Origin: Octopus vulgaris
Lineage: Eukaryota
NCBI GenBank assembly: GCA_951406725.2
Contig: OX597815.1
Span: forward strand, 25,668,001-25,732,000
DNA: 64,000 nucleotides
Direction: 5' to 3'
The position numbers and the translations under genes were made by a program. This document shows positions 40,112 to 53,072 of this stretch, piece by piece (position 1 is the stretch's first letter; every line of letters begins with the position of its first letter). Below the pieces are notes generated by a model. The model had not been told where the DNA came from. It ran no database searches and saw nothing but the letters and a program-made list of their open reading frames with translations.

Positions 40112-41430
40112 CTATTCTTTTATTAGCCACAGGGCTTACATAAAATAACATTAAAGGGCATACAAAAACATTAAGAGACAAAAACCGGACGATGCAACGG
40201 GTTTTCAATTAAGATTAAACAACGTAAAACTCCCAGTAGGGGAGGCAAATAAAAACTGCCCGCCCCTCTCGGCCAAAGGAGGACGGCGGGGCAATTTTCA
40301 CTATGAATTCAGCTGATACCCGGATCCGTCCTACACTCTACAGCAGGTGTCCGACATAAACCCACCGGTCAGCATTGGGCGAGGGCATGGACGAGGCCGT
40401 GCAGAACGGTTTCGTCACTCTGCGCGCACCTTGGGCAGGCACGGCTGACGGTATTTCTGTACCTGTGAAGTTTATCACGAACGGGCAGCGCCCCGCGGTA
40501 GCACTGCCACGCAAGGGATTTCTGGAAGTTATCCATAGGCCCCGGCCCGAAAGTCCACCGCAACAAACCAGTCAGTTGATCTTCGTCGACGTCCAGAGTT
40601 TCCCCGAGAAGGTCGTCGCACTTTCTCTCCACTAACCCTCTATAGAATGCTAGAGTGGAACTACCACCGACCACATTGCCCACCTGGCGGAGGGCTGTGA
40701 GCGCTTGATGGTACTCGAGGTGCCAAGCGTCCATCTTCGGTCTAGGCCTAATCCAGGATTGCAGCTCAGTCTAAGAGACGAGCTGTGGAAGAGTGTGACC
40801 ACACCTGCTTACCATCAAGGTAACGCTGGAGATGTCGTAGCCTGAACGCATGTCTGAGCATCAGCAACCACAGCATTCCCAAGCCACCATTCAGTGGTTG
40901 TTGACAGCAGATGGAGCGCCTGTCCAGTGGAACGTGCCCCCTCCACAGGAAGCGGAAGAGCAAGCGCACCAGCTTGGTCAACCAGCAAGCGGGGCAAGGG
41001 ACGACGGTCAAGCGTTAATAGATGACGGATGCAATGTACACATTCGCCACCTCCGCTCGACTCTTCAGGGTCAGCTTCCTCTCGGCCCATTTCTGGGTGC
41101 GACTAGCCACCCTGCTCGTCACTTCGTCCCAGTTTTTCTCCACCTGGAGGTCTGGACGGAACCAGATCCCGAGCAATATAACCGGACCGTCTGTCTAGTG
41201 CCCAACGACGCTGTTGGACGGCATGGACTTGACTCTCCTGGTGCTGAGTTGCTAGTCCACTGACTTTTCTGCGTGAATTTTTACTCCTGTCACCGCTTTA
41301 TATTCTTTAAGTGTGTCGCCAGTCAGGCCTATATGCTTGCGGCTCGACACTATGACGGTGACATCGTCAGCGTAGCAGACACACTTCTCCCACATCCTAG
41401 ATCACGCGGGACACCCCTCAAACCCTCCAT
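40112..41430 (-). mobile_element. Decayed L1/Tx1-clade LINE (3' half of ORF2 plus 3' UTR)
   Basis: CYADDVTV at 41363-41374, KWAERKLTLKSRAEVAN, LFRFLWRG...NGGLG, and a zf-RVT-like region LAWQCYRGALPVRDKL...CPRC..SDETVLH. Contains stops and frameshifts. Confidence 0.9.
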
Positions 41431-42239
41431 TCGCATTTGATACTATAGTAAAAAAAAAAAAAGCTAAAATGTTTATTATTGCAATTGACTAGAAAAGGAC
41501 AAATAAGGTTTTTTTTTTCAGCGATCCCCATTTGGGACTTTTCGAGAAATTTATCATAATTTCCAAAATAATTCACATATGAAGAAAATTTAAATACTAT
41601 ATATTATTTTAGCTCCTATGACACCTGGCAAAGCAAAAAAATATGAATAAAAGCATTTGGCAGTTAATGGGTTAACCTGGCTGGTGATGGTGTTGCTGCT
41701 GCTGTTGTTGTATAGCCCAAAGTCAGTGAGTAGACTTATGTTCAGAGGCCTACCAACCACGACCATCTCGTCTTTATTTTAGATATAGAACTATATTGTC
41801 TGTGTCCCATCCTTACCACCACTACCACAACGCCCGATACCACCTACCACCACCACCACCACCACTACCACCACCACCATCACTACGATCCAACCACCAC
41901 CACTACTATCCAACCACCGCCACCACCACCACCACCACCATTATCATTCCTTGTCGGGCGTGATTTAAGAGAAATTTAATTGCTATTTCTAATAGGTGAA
42001 GCAATCACATAGAGGCTTCGTCAGTGGTGATGCTGGTGGTAATAATAGTGGTGGTAGTAGTGCTGATAGTAGCAATAGTAGCAATGGTGGTAATTGTCGT
42101 CATGGGATGATAATGATAATGATGATAGTGATAGTTTCAAAGGTAGTGACGGTAAAGAACAGCGTCGGTGGTGGTGGAAATAACTGTAGTGGTGGTGGTG
42201 GTGATAAGTATAACAGTAAAGATTATTCTAATTGGCGTA

Positions 42240-43060
42240 GTAGTGGTGGTAATAAGTGTAATAGTAAGGACAGTAGTAATAAGTGTAGCGTAGTGGTAAT
42301 AAGTGTAACAGTAAACATTGTAGTAAAAAGTGTAGTGGTGAAGATAAGTGTTATTAGTAGTAATAAGTGTAATAGTAAGGATTGTAGTAATGCGTAGTGG
42401 TGATGGTAATAGTAAGGATTGTAGTAATAATTGTAATGGTGAAGGTAATAAATGTAATAGTAAGGATTGTAGTAATAAATGTAGTGGTGATGGTAATGAG
42501 TGTAATTGTAAGGATTGTAGTAATAAGTGTAATGGTGAAGGTAATAAATGTAATAGTAAGGATTGTAGTAATAATTGTAATGGTGAAGGTAATAAATGTA
42601 ATAGTAAGGATTGTAGTAATAAATGTAGTGGTGATGGTAATGAGTGTAATTGTAAGGATTGTAGTAATAAGTGTGGTGGTGATGGTAATAAGCGTAACAA
42701 TAAGGACGGTAGTAATAATTGTAATGGTGAAGGTAATAAGTGTAATAGTAAGGATTGTAGTAATAAGTGCGGTGGTGATGGTAATGAGTGTAATTGTAAG
42801 GATTGTAGTAATAAGTGTGGTGGTGATGGTAATAAGTGTAATAATAAGGACGGTAGTGTAGTGGTGATGGTAATGAGTGTAATAGTACGAATTATTGTAA
42901 TAACTGTGGAAGTGGAGGTGTAAGTGTAATAGTAAGGATGGTAGGGGTAAAAGTAGTGGTGGTGGTAATAAGTGTAATAGGAAGGATTGTAGTAATGAAT
43001 GTAGTAGTGAAAGTAATGAGTGTAATAGTAAGGATTGTAGTAATAAGTGTAGTGGTGGTT
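42240..43060. repeat. 48-bp minisatellite (AGTAAGGATTGTAGTAATAA...)
   Basis: Regular 48-bp period with two variant unit types. Confidence 0.9.
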
Positions 43061-43627
43061 GCAGTGATAACAAGTGGCAGTGTTGATGGTTATGAGTATA
43101 GTAATGGTAGTAACTATAAGTGTATTAGAGGTGGTAGTAATAAGTGTATTGTTGGTGGTGTTGGTGGCGGTAATAAGTGTAGTGGTGATGTCGATATGTG
43201 TGATGGTGGTGGTAGTGGTAATTAAGCATAGTGGTGACAGTGTTCGATATAAGTGTTGTTGTTGTTGTTGGTGTTGATGGGGGTAGGCACGGTAAGTATA
43301 AAGGTGGTGGTGGTAATGATTGTATTGGTTGTAGTGCTGTTGGTAGTGGCGATGAATGTAGTGATAATGGCGATGGTGGTGAATGGTGGTGTTGTTAGTG
43401 CTGGCGGCGGTGGTGGTGGTGTTGGTAGTAAAGGTGGCGATATGCGTTCTGCTGCTGCTGGTGGTGGTGGTGGTGATGGTAGGCGAAATAAAAATGATTG
43501 CTTCTACAGATTTAATTAATCTTAGAAACTATTCTTTCCTCCCATTAGTTTGACATTTTATTTGTGTATATGTGTGTGTGTGCGTGCGTGTATGTGTGTA
43601 TGTGCATACGCGTGATTATGTGTGTGT

Positions 43628-43670
<43 letters not shown>

Positions 43671-43766
43671 TGCATATCTAAGTTTGCTTATGTGGTTTTG
43701 ACATGCAAGAATGTACGTATGAATGCGCGCGTGTTTATGTATATATGTATGTATATGTGTGCATGC

Positions 43767-43801
<35 letters not shown>

Positions 43802-44179
43802 TGTGTCTGTATTTGTGTTCGAGTTTGAGTGATTGTATGCATGCTGTTGATGAGTATATGTAAGATTGTGTACGGCGTGCGTATTCGAAATTGTGTCTTA
43901 ATGTGTTTGGGTCTTCATGTGTCTATATGTATACGTTGCATACATACGTATGTATGTATGTATGTATGTATGTATGTATGTATGTATGTATGTATGTATG
44001 TATGTATGTGTGTATGTGTGTGTATTGACTTGTGTATATGTGTGCATCTCTGCTTGTGTATGTATATATGTATATGTGTTACGGTGGACGTTTTATCAAG
44101 CATGTGAATGCATACATGCGCATTTTTATGAATGTGTGTGTGTGTATGTTTGTATGTATGTGTATATGTATGGATATGT

Positions 44180-44841
44180 TCAGGGGAATGTTGTGTCAAA
44201 TGAGTATATGCATGTGTGTGTATTTTCGTAAGTGTGTATATCAACGAGAATGTTGTCAAGCGTGTGTTACATTTTTGTATGTGTATATGTGCGTTTCTGT
44301 GCATGTGTGCGTAAATGCATGCGCGTTAAGGAGAATGTTCTGTCAAGCGCGTGGATGCATGTGCGCAATCTTGCATATATGTGTGTATGTTTGTATGTTT
44401 GTGTGTGTGTATGTGTGTGTGTGCGTGTTATGGAGAATGTATCAAGCGTGTGTATGCATGTGTGCAATTTTGCAAGTGTGTGCGTATATGTGTGAGTATG
44501 TGTATGTGTCTGTGTATGCATGATGAGGAGAATGTGTTAAGCGCGGGTGTGCATCTGAGCAATCTTGCAAGAGAGTGTGTGTGTGTGTGTATGTGTTTTA
44601 AGGAGAATGCGTCAGGTGAGTGTATGCATGTGCACAATTTTGCTAGGATGTGTGTGTGTGTATGCGTGCAATTTTGTGCGTGTGTGTGTATGTGTGTATG
44701 CGTGTTATGGAGAATGTATCAAGAGTGTGTATGCATGTGTGCAATTTTGAAAGTGTGTGTGTATATGTGTGAGTGTGTGTATGTGTATGCGTGTTAAGGA
44801 GACTGTGTCAAACGCGGATATGCATGTGCACAATTTTGCAA

Positions 44842-44880
<39 letters not shown>

Positions 44881-45301
44881 CAATTTTGCGTATGTGTGTG
44901 TGTGTGTGTGTGTGTGTGTATACATGTTATAGAGAATGTATCAAGAGTGCGTATGCATGTGTGCAATTTTGCAAGTGTGTGTGTATATGTGTGTGTGTGC
45001 GTGAAAAGGAGAATGTGTCAAGCGTGGATATGCATGTGCACAATTTTGCAAGTATGTGTCTGTGTGTGTGCGTGCAGTTTTGCGTGTGTTTGCTTGCGTG
45101 CAATTTTGCGTGTGTGTATATGTGTGTATGCGTGTTCTGGAGTATGTATCAAGAGTGCGTATGGATGTGTACAATTTTGCAAGTATGTGTGTATATGTGT
45201 GTGTGTGTGTGTGTATGCGTGAAAAGTAGAATGTGTCAAGCTAGTGTATGCATGTGCACAATTTTGCAAGTATGTGTCTGTGTGTGTGTGTGCAATTTTA
45301 T

Positions 45302-45348
<47 letters not shown>

Positions 45349-45457
45349 ATGGAGAATGTATCAAGAGTGCGTATGCATGTGTGCAATTTTGCAAGTGTGT
45401 GTGTATATGTGTGTGTGTGCGTGCGTGCAGTTTTTGCGTGCGTGTGTGTGTGTGCGT

Positions 45458-45493
<36 letters not shown>

Positions 45494-45500
45494 AGGTGAA
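44180..45500. repeat. Complex satellite: ~50-bp cores separated by variable (TG)n
   Basis: About 13 recurrences of GAGAATGT..TCAAG..ATGCATGTG..CAATTTTGCAAG. Confidence 0.9.
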
Positions 45501-46666
45501 TGTTGTACGTATGCTTTTCGCGATTTTATTCCACCGTCAACCCTAACAGCCCCTTTTCATGCCCGATTTCACGCACCCTCCTCATCGTTAAGCATCGACC
45601 CTGCACAAAACTTGCCATCCAGGAAACATTGTTTTACTTTTCCTTTCCGTTTAATTTTATATATTTTCTCTGCATTTTTGTTGTTTTTGTTTATATTTTA
45701 AGTATTTGTTTATGTTGTTTATGTGTAGTTTTTGTTTTTCTTTTTTCACATCGAATTTAAAATAAAAATAAAATAAAATATAAATAAAAACACGAATGTC
45801 GATCAAGCAATACGCGTCAAGCTGACGGTCGCGGTACGGATGTGATGTCAACACGTAATTCACCGCCCTTGTCACTAGTCAACAGCCGGCAGATGTCACC
45901 ACAAGCAGACAGCATCTGTGTCAGCAGCAATTTAATAACAGAATCTTGTGATGAACGGTGGAGGCGGAGGCGGAGTACGGCAGCGCGATGTTAGCGCGGA
46001 AAATGTTCTCATGACGACAAACGAAAGAACCGCATCGCATTGACACAGGAGGCTCTTTCTCCAAAGGGAAGATGTGCGTGCGCAAGCTCGAGAGAGAGAA
46101 AAAAGAGAGGGAGAGAGATGGGGGAGCGAGGAAGAGAGAAAGCGGGAGAGAGGGGGAGAGGAAGATGGAGAGAGGGGGCAGAAGAAAGGAGGGAGAGAGG
46201 AAGATGGAGAGATGGAGAGAGAGAGGAGAGCGAGAGAGATGGAGGAGCGAAGAAGAGAGAAAGCGGGAGAGAGGGGGAGAGGGAAGGAGAGAGAGAGGAA
46301 GATGGAGAGAGGGAGAGAGGAGAGAGAAGCTATAAGAATAAAGGAGAAACATTTTGGGTGATTTGAGGACAGGGAACAGAAGGGGAGATAGTGATATATA
46401 GGAAGGTACTAGAAAGTGAATAAGACGAGGAGGGAGAGTGAGTGAGAGAGAGATAGATAGATGGAGAGAGAGAGAAAGAGAGTGAATGAAAGAGAGAGGG
46501 AGAGAGGGAGAGAGGGAGAGGGAGGGAGAGAGATGAAACTCTGAAAATTGGGTGCATTTGAATAAATTCCACATGAAAAAGAAGCAAAACAAAAGAAACA
46601 TTAAGAGTAGCAGCAGCTGCGGCAGCAGACAAAAGATGAAGATAATGATGGTAGTGATGATGGTAG

Positions 46667-46697
<31 letters not shown>

Positions 46698-47234
46698 GGT
46701 AATGACGATGATGATGATGACGATGATGACTATGATGATGATGATGAAGGAGATGATGACGAAGAAAGGGATCAAGAAGAAGAGGAAGAAGAGGGAAAAT
46801 AACAACAACAACAACAACCACAACAACAACAACAACAACAACAACAATAATAATAATAATAATAATAATAAGAAGAAGAAGAAGAAGAAGAAGAAGGAAG
46901 AAGAAGAAGGAAGACGAGCCCAAAAAACTTAAAAGGTAAAAATGGAAGAGAAGAAATAATAATAATGATGAGAAAAAAAATTAAATACAGGAAACATTTC
47001 TTTTTATATAAAACAAAGCAAAATGAATTTAGGGGTGAAATGGAAGATTTCCTCAAGGAAACTAAAATGGTCAGGTGAACTGTAAGCTGCGCATGGTGCA
47101 CTTGCGTGCGCGCGTATTTGAAAGAGAGATAGATAGAGAAAAAGAAAGCATGCATGCAGAGCATGTGCATGCATGTATATATATATACACACATATATAT
47201 ATACATACATATACATATACATACATGCATACAT

Positions 47235-47346
47235 ACATACACACATATATATACACACATTGATACATACATACATACACACATATATATACACACATTG
47301 ATACATACATACATACACACATATATATACACACATTGATACATAC

Positions 47347-47350
<4 letters not shown>
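47235..47350. repeat. 38-bp tandem unit x3 inside a TACA block
   Basis: TTGAT marker at 47260, 47298 and 47336. Confidence 0.8.
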
Positions 47351-47391
<41 letters not shown>

Positions 47392-47484
47392 TATATATAT
47401 ACATACACACATACATACATACACACATACATACATACATACACACATACATACACTCACACACACATACATATACATATACAT

Positions 47485-47560
<76 letters not shown>

Positions 47561-48062
47561 ACGGGGAGAGAAGGAGAGAAATAAGAGAATGAGATAAATG
47601 CGTACTTTGGTGAGAATATGAATTCGCCGCCGACGGTAATGGCGACAGCGGTCGTGATTGTGGTAATTGAAAGTGATAGTTGAAGAGGCGTTAAGATCGA
47701 AGATTATTAGAAAGAGATCAGCGAAACGTTCTATGGCTCACCGCTGGTCGTCTTTTTGCATATAATGGAGGATTAGAATTAATCTTGTTAACTAGCGACA
47801 AGCGTCAACCCACACCCACCGCAAATGTTATTAGCAGTGACAAAGGTCAACAGCCAATCATTTTCCATTTCTTCAAATGAAACACGTCATCAAATTCGCC
47901 AGATTTATCCAGAGTGGATTTGCAAAGCTTGTTTCTTTATAGTTTATTTGTCCTTAAAAGAAAAAAAAAAACAAAACAAAAAGAAAAACGTTTTACTGTA
48001 TTTCCACCTTCAGTTTACTGAACGCGATATTGAATTATTTTCTTATATTATGCACCCTACAA

Positions 48063-48407
48063 AGGCAGCGAGCTGGCCGAATCGTTAGCACGCCGAGGAA
48101 ATTGCTTGGTGGTATTTCGTCCGTCTGGCAGAAACGTTAGCACGCCGGGCGAAATACGTTGCCTTATTTCGTCTGCCGTTACGTTCAGAGTTAAAATTCC
48201 GCCAAGGTCGATTTTGCCTTTCATCCTTTCGGGGTCGATAAATTAAGTACCAGTTACACACTGGGGTCGATATAATCGGCTTAATCCGTCTGTCTGTCCT
48301 TGTTTGTCTCCTCTGTGTTTGTCTCCCTTGTGGGTAGTAAAGAAATAGGTATTTCATCTGTCTTTACCCTCTGAGTTCAAATTCCGCCGAGGTCGACTTT
48401 GCCTTTA
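48063..48407 (+). mobile_element. SINE A (tail 1) nested inside an older SINE A
   Basis: 15-bp duplication GGTATTTCGTCCGTC (48111-48125) / GGTATTTCATCTGTC (48348-48362) flanks the inner copy. Confidence 0.88.
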
Positions 48408-49263
48408 CAAAGAAAACAAGGACGGGTCATTGATGTTTTGTTGTCTCATTTTTGTATCACCTAACTGTCCGGATGTTTTACGTTCTTGTCCCATTTTCTA
48501 TTATGTATATATATATATATAGCGGTGTACGTACACATTGGTCTCTTTCTCTCTCTCCCTCTCTCTATATATGTATATATAACACTGTACACACAGACAT
48601 ACACCATGCTTTGAGTTGCAGACACCGGTTTTACTTATTTGCATATCAGTACATTCGTTGGCAGAAAGTATAAAATAGAACAGAATAAGTAAGGAACTGA
48701 GACAACGTGTGTATGTACATATGTGAGTAAGTTCACATACGTACATTTATCTCTTAAGCGGTGAGTAAAGGTTTGCATGAATGCATGTCAAACAGACAAA
48801 ATACAAAAAATTAAAATATTTCTTTTTCTTAAGGATAATTGTTTTTTTTTACCTATTTTCACTTTAAATAAGAACAAAAATTATAATAATTGTTAGTCTC
48901 TCGCACAATAAAATTTACAATCTCACTATCGAAAGTGCCGTAAAATATTCACTTTCGTTTCATACTGGCAGTATTCATATAAAATTTTGAAACATCAGTT
49001 GATGGCGTTCGCCGTTTAAAAGTTAATAAGCATCCACTCAGCGTCAGTGGGTCAATAGAGCTTGCTGTACGAAGCAGAAACAAACACGACTAGAACCACT
49101 TTTCAGCTCTTTTTAACTTATTTAACACACTCTGTCAGTAAATGCATCATCATCATCGTCGTTGTCGTCGCCACTGTCTTCACGTCTGCCGAAACCTCAA
49201 AGGCCTTTAACATCTTGCATTCACAATACGGACTGAAACCAACGCCTGTTATCCTGAGAGAGA

Positions 49264-49348
<85 letters not shown>

Positions 49349-49725
49349 AGAGAGAGAGAGAGATTGCGACTGCGATAAAGGAGAGGGGAAGAGAGAAAGA
49401 GAAAAATAAGGAATTTGAAAAAAAATATTGGAAACTAAAACTGTTAAGAGACATTTAACTGGGCCTCAAGAATTTTTTATTCCGAAAGCAATGAACATTC
49501 AACGCGTTTCCTGGCAAAAGCTTTATCAATATGAATTAGACTCATATCATTTTCAAACTGCTCCACGTGTTCGTATCAACAATTACTCATTGCGTATTTC
49601 TCTGCTATATGCTCTAGCTGTTGCAAGACAAAGTACGAAGCTGAAAATCTACAAGTTTAATGCGTATCCGAAAATTAGTCTTCCCATTCATTTTCCTTTG
49701 ATAATTTCCTAATAATAAAGATTGA

Positions 49726-50177
49726 GGATGTTTTCGGTTTGAACGGCAGTTTTTTTAAAGTAATTTCCACGTAACTAAACACTTTTAAACTTCGTATACT
49801 GGTAGCATGAGTTAATAAAACATCTTTTTCTCTTGGCTTTATTGAGAAAATTCTATAGTTTGTAAGATATTTGTTGTTGTTTTTTCTTCAATTTCTGCAA
49901 TTTCAACCAATCAATGACGTCTATTGAGGTGAAAACATTCTGTGCCGTATGAATATGTCCCTCGTTTAAGAAACAGATTGGGTTTATTTACATTTCTGAA
50001 GAAAAAAAGATACCCTTCCCCCCACCCCTAACCCTAACCAACCCTAACTAACCCTAACTATAACCCTAACCCTAAAAATAGATTGAAATGCAATAGATCG
50101 ATACTAAGGTCATAATTATGGGTGACAATTTCATATGACACCGCTAGAAAAAACTGCCGTTCAAACCGAAAAGATCC
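49726..50177. mobile_element. MITE copy
   Basis: TIRs, 8-bp TSD AAGATTGA, internal (CCCTAA)n. Confidence 0.96.
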
Positions 50178-50909
50178 AAGATTGAAATATTTATTTTTGT
50201 CAGTGATTTCATGCCCTTTTGGACATTGGGGTCCAACCGGCTAATCAATAATTCCCTGCAATTGAACGTCAACGCAGTGGTAATGTCGTGAACGCTTTTA
50301 GAAAATGGCGTACTTACTATGCTGCGTGTAACATACCGTATCGGTGGAGTTTATCCAGTGTATTTACGTAAGGGGATGAGCGGTAGCACGGAAGCATGGT
50401 ATCGGGAGGGCAACGGCAGTAGTCTGGTACATGCAACGGAATATGAATGCGATAGTAGAGGCACAAATACGAGTTTTAAATTTACGCGTACGCCCCGTAA
50501 TGGTTCGATGTGCCAAGTCAGTGTCCCTTTAAGAGTTGGCACCATATTCCCTCCTCAGTTTCTCTTTACTGAAACAACAGACCATCATCATTCTTAACGA
50601 CCGGGCAAATAAAATCTTTTTAAGTCAAATTTATTTGTACCACCGAACTTAAATATCACGTTTTATATGATATTCATGTTTGGTGGTGTTGATGATAATA
50701 ATGACGATGTAAATTAAACATATGGCTAAAAATATTGGAATAGTGGGTTGTTAATGAAAGACTAAATAATTCCAATTGTAATAATAGCCCTTTGGATTAA
50801 CATATCAGTTTCAATTAGGATTAACATATCAGTTTCAAACGCTTGCTCCATAAGTATATATCACACAAATTGAATTGCTGAGCATAACCCGTACATACAC
50901 AAAATATTG

Positions 50910-51313
50910 GCTTCAAATTTTGGCACAAGGATGTGAATTTCGAGGGAAGAGATAAGTCGATTATATCTATATAAGTGTTCAACTGGTACTTATTTAATCG
51001 ACTCCCATGGGATGAAAGGCAAAGTCGACCTCGGCGGAATTTGAACTTAGAAGATAAGGACAGACGAAATGCCTATTTCTATTTCTTTACTACCCACAAG
51101 GGGCTAAACACAGAGGGGACAAACAAGGACAGACACACGGATTAAATCGATTATATCGACCCCAGCGCGTAACTGGTACTTATTTAATCGACCCCGAAAG
51201 GATGAAAGGCAAAGTCGACTTCGGCGGAATTTGAACTCAGAACGTAGCAACAGACGAAATGCCGCTAAGCATTTTACCTGGCAAAGTTAAAGTTTCTGTC
51301 AGATTGCCGCCTT
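50910..51313 (-). mobile_element. SINE A composite (tail 1 + tail 2)
   Basis: Junction GACGAAATGCC|TATTTCTATTTCTTT. Flanking repeat CACAAAATATTGG. Confidence 0.88.
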
Positions 51314-52794
51314 AGTACACCCACAAAATATTGGTGCAACTATTGCCAAGTTATATACAAATTTTGTACCTGAATACTATTGTTAAGACCATTGTTTATT
51401 CAGAATTAATGAGAAGTTATTTAATTAGTAGAGAAAAGGTAAATGATTAAAGTAATTACTTTTACTGTCTGATAATAATGATTTGCAACTGAGGAAAAAG
51501 GTCATATAACTTGGAGGTAAAAATGTAGTCTACAAACTTTCCTACGAAGTATATATACACTTTGGAAAGATTTGAACTCAAAGCGTAGAGTAACCAAACA
51601 CTTCAAGTAAAAATGATAATAACACCTCCAACTAGGTAACGATAATAATAACACTGTTGATTGTGATAGTGATGTTGATATTGGTGATGATGATGATGAT
51701 TATGATGATGAGGATAAAGAGAGAGATGAATGAGGATCATCATCATTATTATCATCATTATTTTCACCTATGCGAAATAAAGATATCTGAATAAAAGCTA
51801 TTCGCGTGTGAATGAAAATATTTCATTCGCTTTCTTTTTTCTCTTCCCACTCCTCCTCTTCAATTCTCTTCTGATTTCCTTTCTCTACTCCACTATCATC
51901 CAACAACTTCCCTTTCTCTCCCTCTTTCTGTATCTCCCTCTTTCTCTCTCTCTCTCTCTCGCCTCCCACTCTTGAATTGGTAAACACTTTTTTTTTTATA
52001 CACCACCGCTTCAACTTTTCTAACGTTATATAGATCTGTAGTGTGTATTATTTGTAGCTCGCTTTATTTTCATTTAGTCTGTTCATGCGAGTGCTACTGT
52101 GTGTATAGAATGATCGGCGAACATTGCAGTCGTTTCGATATTGCTTTGGTTTTGCTTCCATAGAAAACGGGACACAATATTTAGTAGACCATTTTCTATA
52201 GGAGGTCTCTGAAAAGGCCATCGTTTATATCCGGTTCTGGCGGCTTGCTTCTGATAGGAAATCGCTCTGGCTACAGGAAAAACTGTGCTATTCTCTGCTT
52301 TTCTCATCTATTGATCCGATGATTGACAAGCCAGGTCAGCAGTAGCGTCGATATATTACTTGAACTGCAACCATTGGAATCGTTGCCAAACCAACTGTGG
52401 TGATGCACAATGGGTAAGCAATGTGCAAAAGCCTTATCCTTTCACTACCGTGATTCATAGCTCTCTGAATGCACATACGCACGCTGAATGTTTTATATCT
52501 GTTAAATTTCATTAAATTTCTTTCTGTTTTTTTCTTCTTCTTCTGTTTCATTCTATTTTATTCTATTTAAATTTATGATTTGCCAAATACATTGAATCGA
52601 ACAATTTTCTCACGGGTGTTTTGTTTTTTTTTCTTCCTTTTATTTTTATATCTTTTATATAAAAAAAATATTTTGTTGTCTTTTGAAGGTTTGTTCTTTA
52701 CTGCAAAAAGCATCTTTGAAAAATCTGACTATGTTTAAAGAATGTACGAAGAATATCTTTGTGATATATAATATATATATATATATATACATGT

Positions 52795-53020
52795 AATATT
52801 GTATATATTATATATATTTATATTATATATATATTGTATATATTATATATATTTATATTATATATATATTGTATATATTATATATATTTATATTATATAT
52901 ATATTGTATATATTATATATATTTATATTATATATATATTGTATATATTATATATATGTATATTATATATATATTCTATATATATTATATATATTCATAT
53001 TATATATATATTGTATATAT
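52795..53020. repeat. 35-bp AT-rich minisatellite
   Basis: TTG marker every 35 bp (52799, 52834, 52869, 52904, 52939). Confidence 0.88.

Positions 53021-53072
<52 letters not shown>

Noticed and set aside
44180-45500. CRISPR-like repeat/spacer appearance (also 15175-15775)
   Set aside because: Spacers are microsatellites rather than unique sequences, the context is eukaryotic, and no cas genes are present.
52330-52420. Possible plus-strand exon ending at GG|GTAAGC
   Set aside because: Weak acceptor and no recognisable translation.
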